64,000 bases of DNA from NCBI RefSeq assembly GCF_057098645.1, contig NZ_CM169472.1; one strand, written 5' to 3'. The translations under genes were made by a program, and so were the position numbers. Below the pieces are notes generated by a model. It saw only the letters and a program-made list of their open reading frames with translations. It made no database searches and was not told where the DNA came from. Shown here piece after piece: positions 1-11,530 of the stretch; position 1 is the stretch's first letter, and the number at the start of each line of letters is the position of its first letter.

Positions 1-397
1 GGCGGTAGATGGAGAAAATGGTACCGACAGAGACGTTAACATCGATGTTGGACGAGCCATCCAGTGGGTCCATCAGCACCACGTATTTTGCATGTTCACA
101 GCCTTCAAAGACAACAATCTCATCTTCTTCTTCAGAGGCAATGCCCGCAACGATATCGCGTGCTTTCAGTGCGGCTTTCAGTTTTTCATTAGCGAACAAG
201 TCGAGTTTCTGCTGAACCTCGCCCTGCACGTTCTCAGCACCGCTGGCACCCAGGATATCAACCAGTCCTGCTTTGTTGATATCGCGATGGATAATCTTGG
301 CGCCCAGTTTTATTGCCGACAGCAAAGCAGTGAGCTCACCGGTAGCATGAGAAAACTCGTGCTGCTTTTCGACAATAAATTCACCTAACGTTTTCAT
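1..397 (-). CDS. fbp: fructose-1,6-bisphosphatase class I, N-terminal part (gene continues beyond window start)
   Basis: Reverse-complement translation from the ATG at 395-397 reads [12 protein letters not shown]..., matching the Fbp N-terminus from memory; the + strand ORF 92..388 is the antisense artefact. Confidence 0.85.
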
Positions 398-572
398 AAA
401 ACTTTCCCTGCAATGTTTATGGAGTAAAGCGACCGCAACAATCTTAACAAATAATCTCAATGTTGCGCTCAGGTGAATCGCGCCAGCAAATTACGGATTA
501 TCCTGAAATGCGTTTCTCACTTGCCCGACATATGCGTAAAATGAGCGGCAGATTAAAAAAGGATAGTGACGT

Positions 573-1946
573 ATGCGCATTCATATTTTAGGAATTTGTG
601 GCACGTTTATGGGCGGTCTGGCGATGCTGGCGCGCCAGTTAGGCCATGAAGTAACGGGTTCGGACGCCAATGTGTATCCGCCGATGAGCACCTTACTTGA
701 GAAGCAAGGCATTGAACTGATTCAGGGTTACGATGCCAGCCAGCTCGATCCGCAGCCGGATCTGGTGATTATTGGCAACGCCATGACCCGTGGAAATCCG
801 TGTGTGGAAGCGGTACTGGAAAAAAACATCCCTTATATGTCAGGTCCACAGTGGCTGCACGATTTTGTGCTGCGTGACCGCTGGGTGCTGGCCGTTGCCG
901 GTACACACGGCAAAACTACCACCGCGGGAATGGCGACCTGGATTCTGGAACAGTGCGGTTACAAACCGGGATTTGTGATCGGCGGTGTGCCGGGGAATTT
1001 TGAGGTTTCGGCGCGTCTGGGCGAAAGCGACTTCTTTGTTATCGAAGCGGATGAGTATGACTGCGCCTTCTTCGACAAACGTTCTAAATTTGTTCATTAC
1101 TGCCCGCGTACGCTGATCCTCAACAACCTTGAGTTCGATCACGCCGATATCTTTGACGACCTGAAAGCGATCCAGAAACAGTTCCACCATCTGGTGCGTA
1201 TCGTTCCGGGGCAGGGCCGTATTATCTGGCCGGAAAACGACATCAACCTGAAACAGACCATGGCGATGGGCTGCTGGAGCGAGCAGGAGCTGGTGGGCGA
1301 GCAGGGTCACTGGCAGGCGAAAAAGCTAACCACTGACGCTTCTGAATGGGAAGTCTTGTTGGATGGCGAAAAAGTGGGCGAAGTGAAATGGTCGCTGGTA
1401 GGCGAACATAATATGCACAATGGCCTGATGGCGATTGCAGCGGCTCGCCATGTTGGTGTAGCGCCGGCAGATGCCGCTAATGCGCTGGGTTCGTTTATTA
1501 ATGCTCGTCGCCGTCTGGAGTTGCGTGGTGAAGCGAATGGCGTCACGGTATATGACGATTTTGCCCATCACCCGACGGCGATTCTGGCAACGCTGGCGGC
1601 GCTGCGTGGCAAAGTTGGTGGTACGGCGCGCATTATTGCTGTGCTGGAACCGCGCTCGAATACCATGAAAATGGGGATCTGCAAAGACGATTTGGCACCT
1701 TCATTAGGTCGTGCCGATGAAGTCTTCCTGCTGCAATCGGCGCATATTCCGTGGCAGGTGGCAGAAGTGGCAGAAGCCTGCGTTCAGCCTGCACACTGGA
1801 GTGGCGATGTGGATACGCTGGCAGATATGGTGGTGAAAACCGCTCAGCCTGGCGACCATATTCTGGTGATGAGCAACGGCGGTTTTGGTGGGATCCATCA
1901 GAAACTGCTGGATGGGCTGGCGAAGAAGGCGGAAGCCGCGCAGTAA
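573..1946 (+). CDS. mpl: UDP-N-acetylmuramate:L-alanyl-gamma-D-glutamyl-meso-diaminopimelate ligase (murein peptide ligase)
   Basis: 457-aa ORF with Mur ligase features (GTHGKTTT P-loop), position next to fbp. Confidence 0.9.
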   Translation: MRIHILGICGTFMGGLAMLARQLGHEVTGSDANVYPPMSTLLEKQGIELIQGYDASQLDPQPDLVIIGNAMTRGNPCVEAVLEKNIPYMSGPQWLHDFVLRDRWVLAVAGTHGKTTTAGMATWILEQCGYKPGFVIGGVPGNFEVSARLGESDFFVIEADEYDCAFFDKRSKFVHYCPRTLILNNLEFDHADIFDDLKAIQKQFHHLVRIVPGQGRIIWPENDINLKQTMAMGCWSEQELVGEQGHWQAKKLTTDASEWEVLLDGEKVGEVKWSLVGEHNMHNGLMAIAAARHVGVAPADAANALGSFINARRRLELRGEANGVTVYDDFAHHPTAILATLAALRGKVGGTARIIAVLEPRSNTMKMGICKDDLAPSLGRADEVFLLQSAHIPWQVAEVAEACVQPAHWSGDVDTLADMVVKTAQPGDHILVMSNGGFGGIHQKLLDGLAKKAEAAQ

Positions 1947-1949
1947 TTC

Positions 1950-2060
1950 GGCCTTAGCCAGATATAGTGTGCGTAGGCCGGATAAGGCGTTCACGCCGCA
2001 TCCGGCATTTGAGCATAGTGCCTGATGCGACGCTTGATGCGTCTTATCAGGCCTACAGGT
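1950..2060. repeat. REP/BIME palindromic unit cluster
   Basis: Repeated gcctgatgcgacgct...gcgtcttatcaggcctac and ggccggataaggcg motifs typical of enterobacterial REP elements. Confidence 0.6.
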
Positions 2061-2101
2061 GCACCGTATCCGGCAAACCATACTCACATCAACAACGAAA
2101 A

Positions 2102-2653
2102 TTACCCTTCGTTCTCCGCTAACTCGCGCAGATACTGGAAAATCTGGCGTGCGGATTTCGGCGGCTTATTCCCTTCTTTCTCTTTCTTCGCGTTGCGGAT
2201 CAGAGTACGCAGTTGCTGACGATCGGCATCGGGCCACAGATTTAATACCTCAGCGATGGCGTCATCACCTTGATCGATCAGACGATCGCGCAGGTTTTCC
2301 AGTTTATGGAACAGCACCACCTGCTGGTTGTGACGGTTTTTCAGCTTATCCAGCGCCTGACGAATAGGCTCTACGTCGCGCTGGCGCAGCATCTTACCAA
2401 TGAGCTGCAACTGGCGGCGGCGACCTTCCATCTTAATACGCTGGGCGAGCTCAATAGCCGCGCGCAGATCCGCATCTAACGGGATCTTATCCAGCGCGTT
2501 TTTCCCCAGATCAACAATTTCCGCGCCAAGGCGTTTTAGCTCCTCGGCATCACGTTTAATTTCACTTTTACTGACCCAGATAATTTCATCGTCTTCGTCT
2601 TCGATGTCATCACCGGGAACGTCGTCGAGCCAGTCTTCGGGCTGCTTAGTCAT
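2102..2653 (-). CDS. yjgA: DUF615 ribosome-associated protein YjgA
   Basis: 183-aa acidic/basic ORF in conserved position between mpl and pmbA. Confidence 0.8.
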
Positions 2654-2746
2654 CTCAGGCTCCTTAAAAAAAGAGGCTAATGTTACCAGTTAAGATGCGC
2701 ACTGAAAAACGGTTCTCTGTTAGACTTCAGAGAAACTCTCTACATT

Positions 2747-4099
2747 ATGGCACTTGCAATGAAAGTAATCTCTCAAGTTGAAGCGCAGCGCAAGATTCTG
2801 GAAGAAGCAGTTTCCACTGCGCTGGAGTTGGCCTCAGGCAAATCGGACGGTGCGGAAGTTGCCGTCAGCAAGACCACCGGCATTAGCGTAAGCACGCGTT
2901 ATGGTGAAGTGGAGAATGTTGAATTCAATAGCGATGGCGCGCTGGGGATCACTGTTTATCACCAGAACCGCAAAGGTAGCGCATCATCCACCGATTTAAG
3001 CCCGCAGGCCATTGCCCGTACTGTACAGGCGGCGCTGGATATTGCCCGTTATACCTCGCCAGATCCCTGTGCCGGCGTGGCAGACAAAGAGCTGCTGGCC
3101 TTTGACGCACCAGATCTCGACTTGTTCCACCCTGCGGAAGTTTCCCCGGATGAAGCCATTGAACTGGCGGCCCGCGCAGAACAGGCGGCATTGCAGGCGG
3201 ACAAACGCATCACCAATACCGAAGGTGGCAGCTTTAACAGCCACTACGGTGTCAAAGTTTTTGGCAACAGCCACGGCATGTTGCAGGGTTACTGCTCAAC
3301 GCGTCATTCGCTCTCCAGCTGTGTAATTGCCGAAGAAAATGGCGATATGGAGCGTGATTACGCCTACACCATTGGGCGGGCGATGAGCGATCTGCAAACG
3401 CCAGAGTGGGTCGGGGCCGACTGTGCTCGCCGCACTTTATCGCGCCTGTCACCGCGAAAACTCTCCACCATGAAAGCGCCAGTGATTTTTGCTAATGAAG
3501 TGGCAACCGGGCTGTTCGGTCATCTGGTTGGCGCAATTGCAGGCGGTTCGGTTTACCGTAAATCTACCTTCCTGCTGGATTCGCTGGGTAAACAAATTCT
3601 GCCGGACTGGCTGACCATTGAAGAGCATCCGCATCTGCTGAAAGGGCTGGCGTCGACGCCATTCGACAGCGAAGGTGTGCGCACCGAGCGTCGCGATATT
3701 ATTAAAGATGGCATCCTGACTCAGTGGCTGCTGACCAGCTATTCGGCGCGAAAACTGGGGCTGAAAAGCACCGGACATGCGGGCGGTATTCACAACTGGC
3801 GGATTGCCGGACAAGGTCTAAGCTTCGAGCAGATGCTCAAAGAGATGGGCACCGGGCTGGTGGTGACGGAATTGATGGGCCAGGGCGTGAGTGCAATTAC
3901 CGGTGATTATTCCCGTGGTGCGGCGGGCTTCTGGGTAGAAAACGGCGAAATTCAGTATCCGGTTAGCGAAATCACCATCGCAGGTAATTTAAAAGATATG
4001 TGGCGCAATATTGTCACCGTCGGTAACGATATTGAAACACGCAGTAATATACAGTGTGGTTCTGTGCTGTTGCCGGAGATGAAAATCGCCGGACAGTAA
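2747..4099 (+). CDS. pmbA: metalloprotease PmbA/TldE
   Basis: 450-aa ORF, TldD/PmbA-like sequence, conserved synteny. Confidence 0.85.
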
Positions 4100-4279
4100 A
4101 AAAACTGGCGCGACCTGCCGCGCTATAAACTAAAAAATTACACAAAATCATTCGCACTGCATCGAGACGGAAAGTGAATGAGGGCCGGGGAGCGTACTCG
4201 CAGTACGTGACCCGGTCGAATGAGCGTAGTCGTCGATGAGGCAGTGTGAAGGATGAAGTGTAAATAAAAAAGGAAGTGA

Positions 4280-4669
<390 letters not shown>

Positions 4670-4794
4670 TTCCTTATTGGGCGGTGAAACGTTACCGCCC
4701 AACGCTTTCTTACCCCTCGTAAAATCACCGCCAAATCTCTCTTCACTACGGCATATTTCTGCGTGTCGACGCCATTTTTGCGAGGCGTTTTCCA

Positions 4795-4845
4795 GAAATG
4801 AATGTAATGCATATGTAATGCTATAATACATTACACTTTTCATAA
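4795..4845 (+). promoter_or_regulatory. putative promoter/operator with TGTAATG direct and inverted repeats upstream of the antitoxin-like ORF
   Basis: aatgtaatgcatatgtaatgctataatacattaca contains a -10 like tataat flanked by TGTAATG / CATTACA repeats. Confidence 0.3.
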
Positions 4846-4859
4846 TTACCGGAGGCATA

Positions 4860-5099
4860 ATGGCCACACTTAACGTCCGCCTGGATGACAAACTGAAAAA
4901 TGAGGCTTATGCGGTGCTGGAAAAATTAAATATCACGCCTACTGAAGCAGTGCGGCTGCTGTTTCAGTACGTTGCGGAAAATGGACGAATGCCGGTAAAA
5001 ACGCTCACTGTCAGTGATAGTGAAGAAGCCTTGTTACGCACTGTCAGGGAACGACTGGCCAACCCACAAGAGACCATTAAGGTCCGGCTGGATGAGTGA
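4860..5099 (+). CDS. RelB/DinJ-family antitoxin-like protein (no cognate toxin gene downstream)
   Basis: 79-aa ORF MATLNVRLDDKLKNEAYAVLEKLNITPTEAVRLLFQYVAENG... resembles the ribbon-helix-helix DinJ/RelB N-terminus. Confidence 0.55.
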   Translation: MATLNVRLDDKLKNEAYAVLEKLNITPTEAVRLLFQYVAENGRMPVKTLTVSDSEEALLRTVRERLANPQETIKVRLDE

Positions 5100-5564
5100 T
5101 TAACGCAAATGATGCACCACCTGATTGCTGCTGCCGCGCCAGATCAGGGAAGGGTCTTTTAAATCCTGCACAAATTTGCCGTCGACCAGCACGTTAATCA
5201 AATCAACAACCTGCATTTGCGCAGCGTTGAGTTCGTCGAGTTTATAGCCTGTCCACACCCAGATGTCTTTACCCGGACACTCGGCGCGGATGCGTTGTAC
5301 CAGTTTCAGAATATCCGGCACGTTTTGCGGATGCAGCGGGTCGCCGCCGGAGAGGGAAATACCCTGGCGTTTGATACGAGTGTCATTCAGATCGTTAATG
5401 ATCTGGTCTTCCATTGCTTTGGTAAATGGCTGACCGGAATTTACCCGCCAGGTGCTTTTGTTATAGCAACCGGGGCATTCATGAACACACCCGGAGACAA
5501 ACAGGGTGCAGCGAGTGCCGGGGCCGTTGACGATGTCGACAGGATAGTACTGATGATAATTCAT
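5100..5564 (-). CDS. nrdG: anaerobic ribonucleotide reductase activating protein (radical SAM)
   Basis: 154-aa ORF with radical SAM CxxxCxxC (CVHECPGC) motif; downstream of nrdD on same strand. Confidence 0.9.
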   Translation of the reverse strand: MNYHQYYPVDIVNGPGTRCTLFVSGCVHECPGCYNKSTWRVNSGQPFTKAMEDQIINDLNDTRIKRQGISLSGGDPLHPQNVPDILKLVQRIRAECPGKDIWVWTGYKLDELNAAQMQVVDLINVLVDGKFVQDLKDPSLIWRGSSNQVVHHLR

Positions 5565-5589
5565 TGTTTCGCCTGGCTTATCAGTCCGC

Positions 5590-5745
<156 letters not shown>

Positions 5746-5753
5746 AGTGCAGA

Positions 5754-7892
5754 TCAACCTATCTGCCCATTTCCCAAATGTTTAACGCGGCGCTTAACTT
5801 CTTCCTGCTTACCGGCGTTAAACGGACGTGCATCCGGGCTACCTAAATATCCGCACACGCGGCGAGTTACCGACACACGGGAGGCGTCATGGTTACCACA
5901 TTTCGGGCAAGTGAAGCCTTTGCTGGTGCACTCGAACTCACCGGTAAAGCCACACTCGTAGCACTCATCAATCGGTGTATTGGTGCCGTAATACGGTACA
6001 TGCTGATAGCTGTAATCCCAGACATCTTCCAGCGCCTTCAGGTTGTGCTGAATGTTTGGATACTCGCCGTAGCAAATGAAACCACCGTTCGCCAGCGGCG
6101 GGTAAGGCGCTTCAAAGTCGATCTTGTCGTACGGGTTCACCTTCTTCTCCACATCGAGGTGGAAACTGTTGGTGTAGTAACCTTTATCGGTCACGCCCGG
6201 CACCACGCCAAACTCAGCAGTATCGAGACGGCAGAAGCGATCGCACAGGTTTTCACTCGGCGTGCTGTAGAGACTGAAACCATAACCCGTTTCTTCTTTC
6301 CACTGATCCACTGCCTGACGCAGACGTTCAACAATGGCGATACCTTTCGCGCGAAGCTGCTCGTTGTCGTAAACATGCTCGCCGCCGAACAGCGCGTTAA
6401 TGGTTTCGTGGATGCCGATGTAACCCAGCGAAATAGACGCACGACCGTTTTTGAAGATTTCAGAAACATCATCGTCAGCATTCAGACGCACGCCACAAGC
6501 ACCTTCCATATAGAGGATCGGGGCCACGCGCGCTTTCACGCCTTCGAGACGAGCGATACGGGTCATCAGCGCCTTACGTGCCAGCACCAGACGTTCATCC
6601 AGCAGCTTCCAGAAGGTGGCTTCATCGCCTTTTGCTTCCAGAGCAATACGCGGCAGGTTCAGGCTGATCACGCCGAGGTTGTTACGACCATCGTGGATCT
6701 GCTCGCCGTTTTCATTTTCCCACACGCCGAGGAAGCTGCGGCAGCCCATCGGAGTTTTAAACGAACCGGTGACTTTCACTACCTGATCGTAGTTCAGGAT
6801 ATCCGGATACATGCGCTTGCTTGCGCACTCCAGCGCCAGCTGTTTGATGTCGTAGTTCGGATCGCCTTTTTTATGGTTCAGGCCATCGCGAATCGCAAAC
6901 ACCAGTTTCGGGAACACCGCAGTTTTACGGTTTTTACCGAGGCCTGCGATACGGTTACGCAGGATAGATTCCTGAATCAGGCGCGACTCCCAGCTGGTGC
7001 CCAGACCAAAACCAAAGGTTACAAACGGCGTCTGACCGTTGGCGGTGTGCAGGGTGTTTACTTCGTACTCCAGCGACTGGAAGGCATCGTAGCACTCTTT
7101 AATGGTACGAGAGTTAGCGTAGCCTTCGGCGTCCGGGATGTTCCACTCTTCTGCGGTCTTGCGATGTTTGTTGTAGCTGGCGGTGACAAACGGTGCCAGC
7201 ACTTCATCGATACGGTTAATGGTGGTGCCGCCATAAATATGGCTGGCGACCTGAGCAATAATCTGCGCAGTTACCGCGGTTGCCGTAGAGATCGACTTCG
7301 GCGGTTCAATCTCGGCGTTCCCCATCTTAAAGCCCTGGGTCAGCATGCCTTTCAGGTCGATCAACATGCAGTTGAACATCGGGAAGAACGGCGAGTAATC
7401 GAGATCGTGATAGTGAATATCGCCACGCTCATGTGCCTGCACCACGTCACGCGGCAGCAGGTGCTGACGTGCATAGTGTTTAGCCACGATCCCGGCCAGC
7501 AGGTCGCGCTGGGTTGGAATCACCTTGCTGTCTTTGTTGGCGTTTTCGTTGAGTAACGAGGCGTTGGTCTGCTCGACCAGACCACGGATCTCCTGGTTCA
7601 GGCGACCGCGTTTTTCACGTTCAATGTCGCGATCGTGACGGTACTCGATGTAAGCACGAGCCAGTTGTTTGTATGGACCTGACATCAGCTGGTTTTCAAC
7701 AGCGGTCTGGATCTCATTGATATCCACCTGGTTGCGGCCCTGCATCTGCTCGCTGACAACCGCAGCAACAGTGGCGCAATAATCTGCATCATCGACTTCC
7801 GCTGCTTTAGCTGCACGCAGAATCGCTTCTTTGATGCGCTCTGATTTAAACGGCACTTTGCAGCCGTCTCGTTTCATCACATGCGGTGTCAT
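5754..7892 (-). CDS. nrdD: anaerobic ribonucleoside-triphosphate reductase (class III)
   Basis: 712-aa ORF with C-terminal glycyl radical motif (RVCGYLG) and zinc-ribbon cysteines. Confidence 0.92.
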   Translation of the reverse strand: MTPHVMKRDGCKVPFKSERIKEAILRAAKAAEVDDADYCATVAAVVSEQMQGRNQVDINEIQTAVENQLMSGPYKQLARAYIEYRHDRDIEREKRGRLNQEIRGLVEQTNASLLNENANKDSKVIPTQRDLLAGIVAKHYARQHLLPRDVVQAHERGDIHYHDLDYSPFFPMFNCMLIDLKGMLTQGFKMGNAEIEPPKSISTATAVTAQIIAQVASHIYGGTTINRIDEVLAPFVTASYNKHRKTAEEWNIPDAEGYANSRTIKECYDAFQSLEYEVNTLHTANGQTPFVTFGFGLGTSWESRLIQESILRNRIAGLGKNRKTAVFPKLVFAIRDGLNHKKGDPNYDIKQLALECASKRMYPDILNYDQVVKVTGSFKTPMGCRSFLGVWENENGEQIHDGRNNLGVISLNLPRIALEAKGDEATFWKLLDERLVLARKALMTRIARLEGVKARVAPILYMEGACGVRLNADDDVSEIFKNGRASISLGYIGIHETINALFGGEHVYDNEQLRAKGIAIVERLRQAVDQWKEETGYGFSLYSTPSENLCDRFCRLDTAEFGVVPGVTDKGYYTNSFHLDVEKKVNPYDKIDFEAPYPPLANGGFICYGEYPNIQHNLKALEDVWDYSYQHVPYYGTNTPIDECYECGFTGEFECTSKGFTCPKCGNHDASRVSVTRRVCGYLGSPDARPFNAGKQEEVKRRVKHLGNGQIG

Positions 7893-8127
7893 GATCGCTC
7901 CATATTTTTAAGAACAGGTTATCCACAGAAATTGGGAAAGGCGTTTTCCGGTTTTTTCGTTTCGTTTTCCGGTGCTTTCCGCAATCGCCATCCGCTTATC
8001 CACAACGCCGCACCTTTTTCGTGGGGAGCTGTAGTAGCAATTATAGTCGATTAATACAACATATTGGGTTGGGATGCATTTTAAAGTCTATATATAGTGC
8101 TTTGCATCAAGGATGTTTGAACTTTTT

Positions 8128-8141
8128 TTGATGTAGCTCAA
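8128..8141 (-). promoter_or_regulatory. possible FNR-type half-palindromic site upstream of nrdD
   Basis: ttgatgtagctcaa approximates TTGAT-N4-ATCAA; nrdDG is known to be anaerobically induced. Confidence 0.25.
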
Positions 8142-8285
8142 AGTAAAAAGCAGAGCGTACGGATGACGGGCGCTACAGCGTTATGTAAATTTTTTAATGA
8201 ATTTGCTGGTTGAAAAATCAACAAAAACAACATGCTGACAGACAAAACCCCGGAATGACAGGCATTACCGGGGCTTAGCGAAGAT

Positions 8286-9941
8286 TTACTTCTGTAACCA
8301 CCAGACAGCCTCAAAAGGCCGTAGAGTCATGGCACAGGGTTGTGGTGAGGCTTCTTCGTAGTTATGCATCACAAGCTGCCAGTTGCCGCGCATTTGCCCT
8401 GGCTGCCAGGGTTGGATCTCACGGCTAAGGTTGGCAATGACCAGCAAGGTTTGCCCCTTCCATTCACGGCGATAGCACCACAATACAGGGCTGTTTGGCA
8501 GCAGATCCTGGTAATTGCCCCATGTCAGGATGGCTTCCTGCTTACGCAGTGCGATTAACTTTTGGTAGGTGTAAAACACCGAGGAATCATCGGCCAACGC
8601 GGCTTCTACGTTGATTTGTTGATAGTTATCGCCCAGGCCAATCCACGGTTCGCCAGCCGTAAACCCGGCATTATCGCCGTTGCTCCATTGCATGGGCGTG
8701 CGGCTGTTGTCACGGGATTTACTGGCGAGGATTGCCAATAACTCGTCGGCATCACGCCCATCGTTGCGCAGCTCGGCAAACATATTGAGGCTCTCTACGT
8801 CGCGATAGTCAGTAATGCGCGTGAAATGCGGGTTAGTCATGCCAATCTCTTCGCCCTGGTAGATATACGGCGTTCCCTGCATGCCATGCAGCACCATCGC
8901 CAGCATTTTTGCCGCAGGCACGCGGTATTCACCTTCATCACCAAAGCGAGAAACAATGCGCGGCTGATCGTGGTTACACCAGAACAAGGCATTCCATGCC
9001 ACGTTGTGCATTCCTTGTTGCCAGTGGCGGAACAATGTTTTCAACGCCACAAAGTCAGGTTTAGCCAGCGTCCATTTTTCACCACCGGGATAATCGACCT
9101 TCAGGTGATGAAAATTAAATGTCATCGATAATTCACTGCCTGTCAGTGCCGCGTATCGCTGGCAATGCTCAAGGCTGGTGGAGGACATTTCACCTACGGT
9201 CATTAACCCGCGTGGCGTAAACACATCGCGGTTCATCTCGTGCAAAAACTCGTGTGCTCGTGGCCCGTCGGTGTAGAAGCGACGCCCGTCGCCGTCCAGG
9301 TCTTCAGGGAAACGCGGGTCTTTGGAGATCAGATTCACCACATCCAGGCGCAACCCGTCGACCCCACGATCGGCCCAGAACTCACAGACTTTTTTCAGCT
9401 CTGCGCGTACCGCTGGATTCTCCCAGTTGAGATCCGCCTGTTCTGGTGCAAAGAGATGCAAATAGTACTGTTCGCTTTCCGCATGCCAGCGCCACGCACT
9501 ACCGCCAAATTTTGAACGCCAGTTGTTCGGTGGCGTTTCTGGTTCGCCATCGCGCCAGATATAAAACTGGCGGTAAGGGCTTTCTTTGTTCAGCGCCTCG
9601 CGAAACCAGGCATGTTGGGTAGAGGTATGGTTAAACACCATATCGAGAATGATACGAATCCCGCGCGATTTTGCCTGCGTCACCAGTTCGTCAAAATCGT
9701 CCAGCGTGCCGTAGGTGGGATCAATCGCCGTATAGTTCGCTACGTCGTAACCGTTATCGACCTGGGGAGAGACATAAAAGGGGGTTAGCCAGATGGCATC
9801 AACGCCCAGTTTATGCAGATAGTCCAGGCGTTGGATAACGCCACGTAAATCGCCGGTGCCGCTACCCGTGGTGTCCTGAAAACTCTTTGGATAAATCTGG
9901 TAGATAACGCCGTTTTGCCACCAGTGGGGAAGATTAGTCAT
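8286..9941 (-). CDS. treC: trehalose-6-phosphate hydrolase
   Basis: GH13 alpha-glucosidase sequence starting MTNLPHWWQNGVIYQIYPKSF; the listed ORF extends upstream of the true start. Confidence 0.9.
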   Translation of the reverse strand: MTNLPHWWQNGVIYQIYPKSFQDTTGSGTGDLRGVIQRLDYLHKLGVDAIWLTPFYVSPQVDNGYDVANYTAIDPTYGTLDDFDELVTQAKSRGIRIILDMVFNHTSTQHAWFREALNKESPYRQFYIWRDGEPETPPNNWRSKFGGSAWRWHAESEQYYLHLFAPEQADLNWENPAVRAELKKVCEFWADRGVDGLRLDVVNLISKDPRFPEDLDGDGRRFYTDGPRAHEFLHEMNRDVFTPRGLMTVGEMSSTSLEHCQRYAALTGSELSMTFNFHHLKVDYPGGEKWTLAKPDFVALKTLFRHWQQGMHNVAWNALFWCNHDQPRIVSRFGDEGEYRVPAAKMLAMVLHGMQGTPYIYQGEEIGMTNPHFTRITDYRDVESLNMFAELRNDGRDADELLAILASKSRDNSRTPMQWSNGDNAGFTAGEPWIGLGDNYQQINVEAALADDSSVFYTYQKLIALRKQEAILTWGNYQDLLPNSPVLWCYRREWKGQTLLVIANLSREIQPWQPGQMRGNWQLVMHNYEEASPQPCAMTLRPFEAVWWLQK

Positions 9942-9990
9942 TACGTTATTCCTGCAAATGCGAGGGGGCGCAATTGCGCCCCGAAGAAAA

Positions 9991-11412
9991 TTAAACAATG
10001 TCCAGCGTGCCCAGGCGGTATTTCCGCTGATAGATAAACGAGGTGAGTACAATCGGGATGATGATGGCGATAGCCATTGCCAGCGCAAACACCTGCCAGT
10101 AGCTCGGTTGAATCGAGAGAATTCCCGGCAGGCCGCCTACGCCGATGCCATTCGCCATAACGCCGTTCAGGCCGCATAGCAATCCTGCCAGACCAGAACC
10201 AATCATCGCGCACAGCATCGGGAAGCGATATTTCAGGTTGATGCCGTACATTGCAGGCTCAGTGACCCCAAGCCAGGCGGAGATCGCCGCAGGCACGGAG
10301 ATCTCGCGTTCATTGTGTTTGCGGCTGGAAATGATAATGCCTATCACGGCGGAGCCCTGAGCGATATTCGACAGCGCAATCAGCGGCCACACTGGCGTAC
10401 CACCCATGCTTTGAATCATCTGCAAATCAATAGCAAGCGTGGTCTGGTGTACCCCGGTGATCACCAGCGGGGCGTACAGGAAGCCAAACAATGCCGCGCC
10501 AATCGGAGCAAAGCTGCCGGTCATCAGGTGACGTACCGCAAAGGCAACGCCATCGCCAATCATGCGACCAAACGGACCAATCAGCGCATGGGCGAGGAAC
10601 ACCGCGAGGATCAGCGAACAGACGGGCACCACCACCAGATAGAGGTAATCTGGCACGATGCGTTTAAGGCGAGTTTCAATAACGCCCAGCGCCAGCCCGG
10701 CTAACAGTGCCGGGATCACCTGCGCCTGATAGCCCACTTTGGCGATGCTGAACATGCCAAAGTCCCACACTTCCGGCAGCTGCTGCCCGAGCAGATAAGC
10801 GTTCATCAGCTGGGGGGAAACCAGTGTCACGCCAAGCACGATACCAAGGATCGGCGTGCCGCCCATTTTTTTCACCGCTGACCAGCAAATCCCGACCGGC
10901 AGGTAGAAGAAGATCGCTTCACCGATCAACCACAGAAAATCGTAGATCGTTTGCAGGGAAGGGTACATTTGCGCCAGCGTTTGACCGTTGCTCATGGGCA
11001 AATCGCCGATCACATTGCGAAAACCGAGGATCAAACCGCCGCTGATCAACGCGGGCAGCAACGGGAAGAAGATCTCCGCGAAATGAGAGATCAACTGCTC
11101 ATGCCATTTCATATTCTGCCGGGCGGCTTTTTTTACCTGCTCTTTATCAACCTGCGCCTGTCCGGTTGACGCTATCAGTGCTTGATAGTAATCACCCACG
11201 TTGGTGCCAATCACCACCTGAAATTGCCCGGCATTGGTGAAACAGCCTTTCACCATGGGGAGTTGCTCAATTTCTTTCGGTCTGGCATTGGCCGGTTGGT
11301 TGAGGACAAAGCGCAGGCGAGTAATACAGTGGCTCACCGTCGCAATATTGCCGCGCCCGCCGACCAGTTCAATCAACCGATCGATATCCGTTTGGTTTAT
11401 TTTGCTCATCAT
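9991..11412 (-). CDS. treB: PTS trehalose-specific EIIBC component
   Basis: 473-aa polytopic membrane ORF with N-terminal EIIB cysteine motif (CITRLR). Confidence 0.9.
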   Translation of the reverse strand: MMSKINQTDIDRLIELVGGRGNIATVSHCITRLRFVLNQPANARPKEIEQLPMVKGCFTNAGQFQVVIGTNVGDYYQALIASTGQAQVDKEQVKKAARQNMKWHEQLISHFAEIFFPLLPALISGGLILGFRNVIGDLPMSNGQTLAQMYPSLQTIYDFLWLIGEAIFFYLPVGICWSAVKKMGGTPILGIVLGVTLVSPQLMNAYLLGQQLPEVWDFGMFSIAKVGYQAQVIPALLAGLALGVIETRLKRIVPDYLYLVVVPVCSLILAVFLAHALIGPFGRMIGDGVAFAVRHLMTGSFAPIGAALFGFLYAPLVITGVHQTTLAIDLQMIQSMGGTPVWPLIALSNIAQGSAVIGIIISSRKHNEREISVPAAISAWLGVTEPAMYGINLKYRFPMLCAMIGSGLAGLLCGLNGVMANGIGVGGLPGILSIQPSYWQVFALAMAIAIIIPIVLTSFIYQRKYRLGTLDIV

Positions 11413-11478
11413 AAAGCCCCATGGCAGATGACATTTTTGGTTGGCTGCAGAATATATTGCGCGGAAAAATTTAAAAAC

Positions 11479-11490
11479 GGGAACGTTCCC
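11479..11490. promoter_or_regulatory. perfect palindrome GGGAACGTTCCC, candidate TreR (LacI-family) operator in treB promoter region
   Basis: 12-bp perfect palindrome in the treR-treB intergenic region. Confidence 0.45.
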
Positions 11491-11530
11491 GAAACGCAGC
11501 GAAGATCACAATTTATCGTTCAGGAAACGA

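Noticed and set aside
92-388. 98-aa + strand ORF at the window start
   Set aside because: Antisense to the fbp N-terminal coding region.
5889-7556. 555-aa ORF on the + strand
   Set aside because: Fully antisense to nrdD, which has strong conserved motifs; long antisense frames are expected by chance here.
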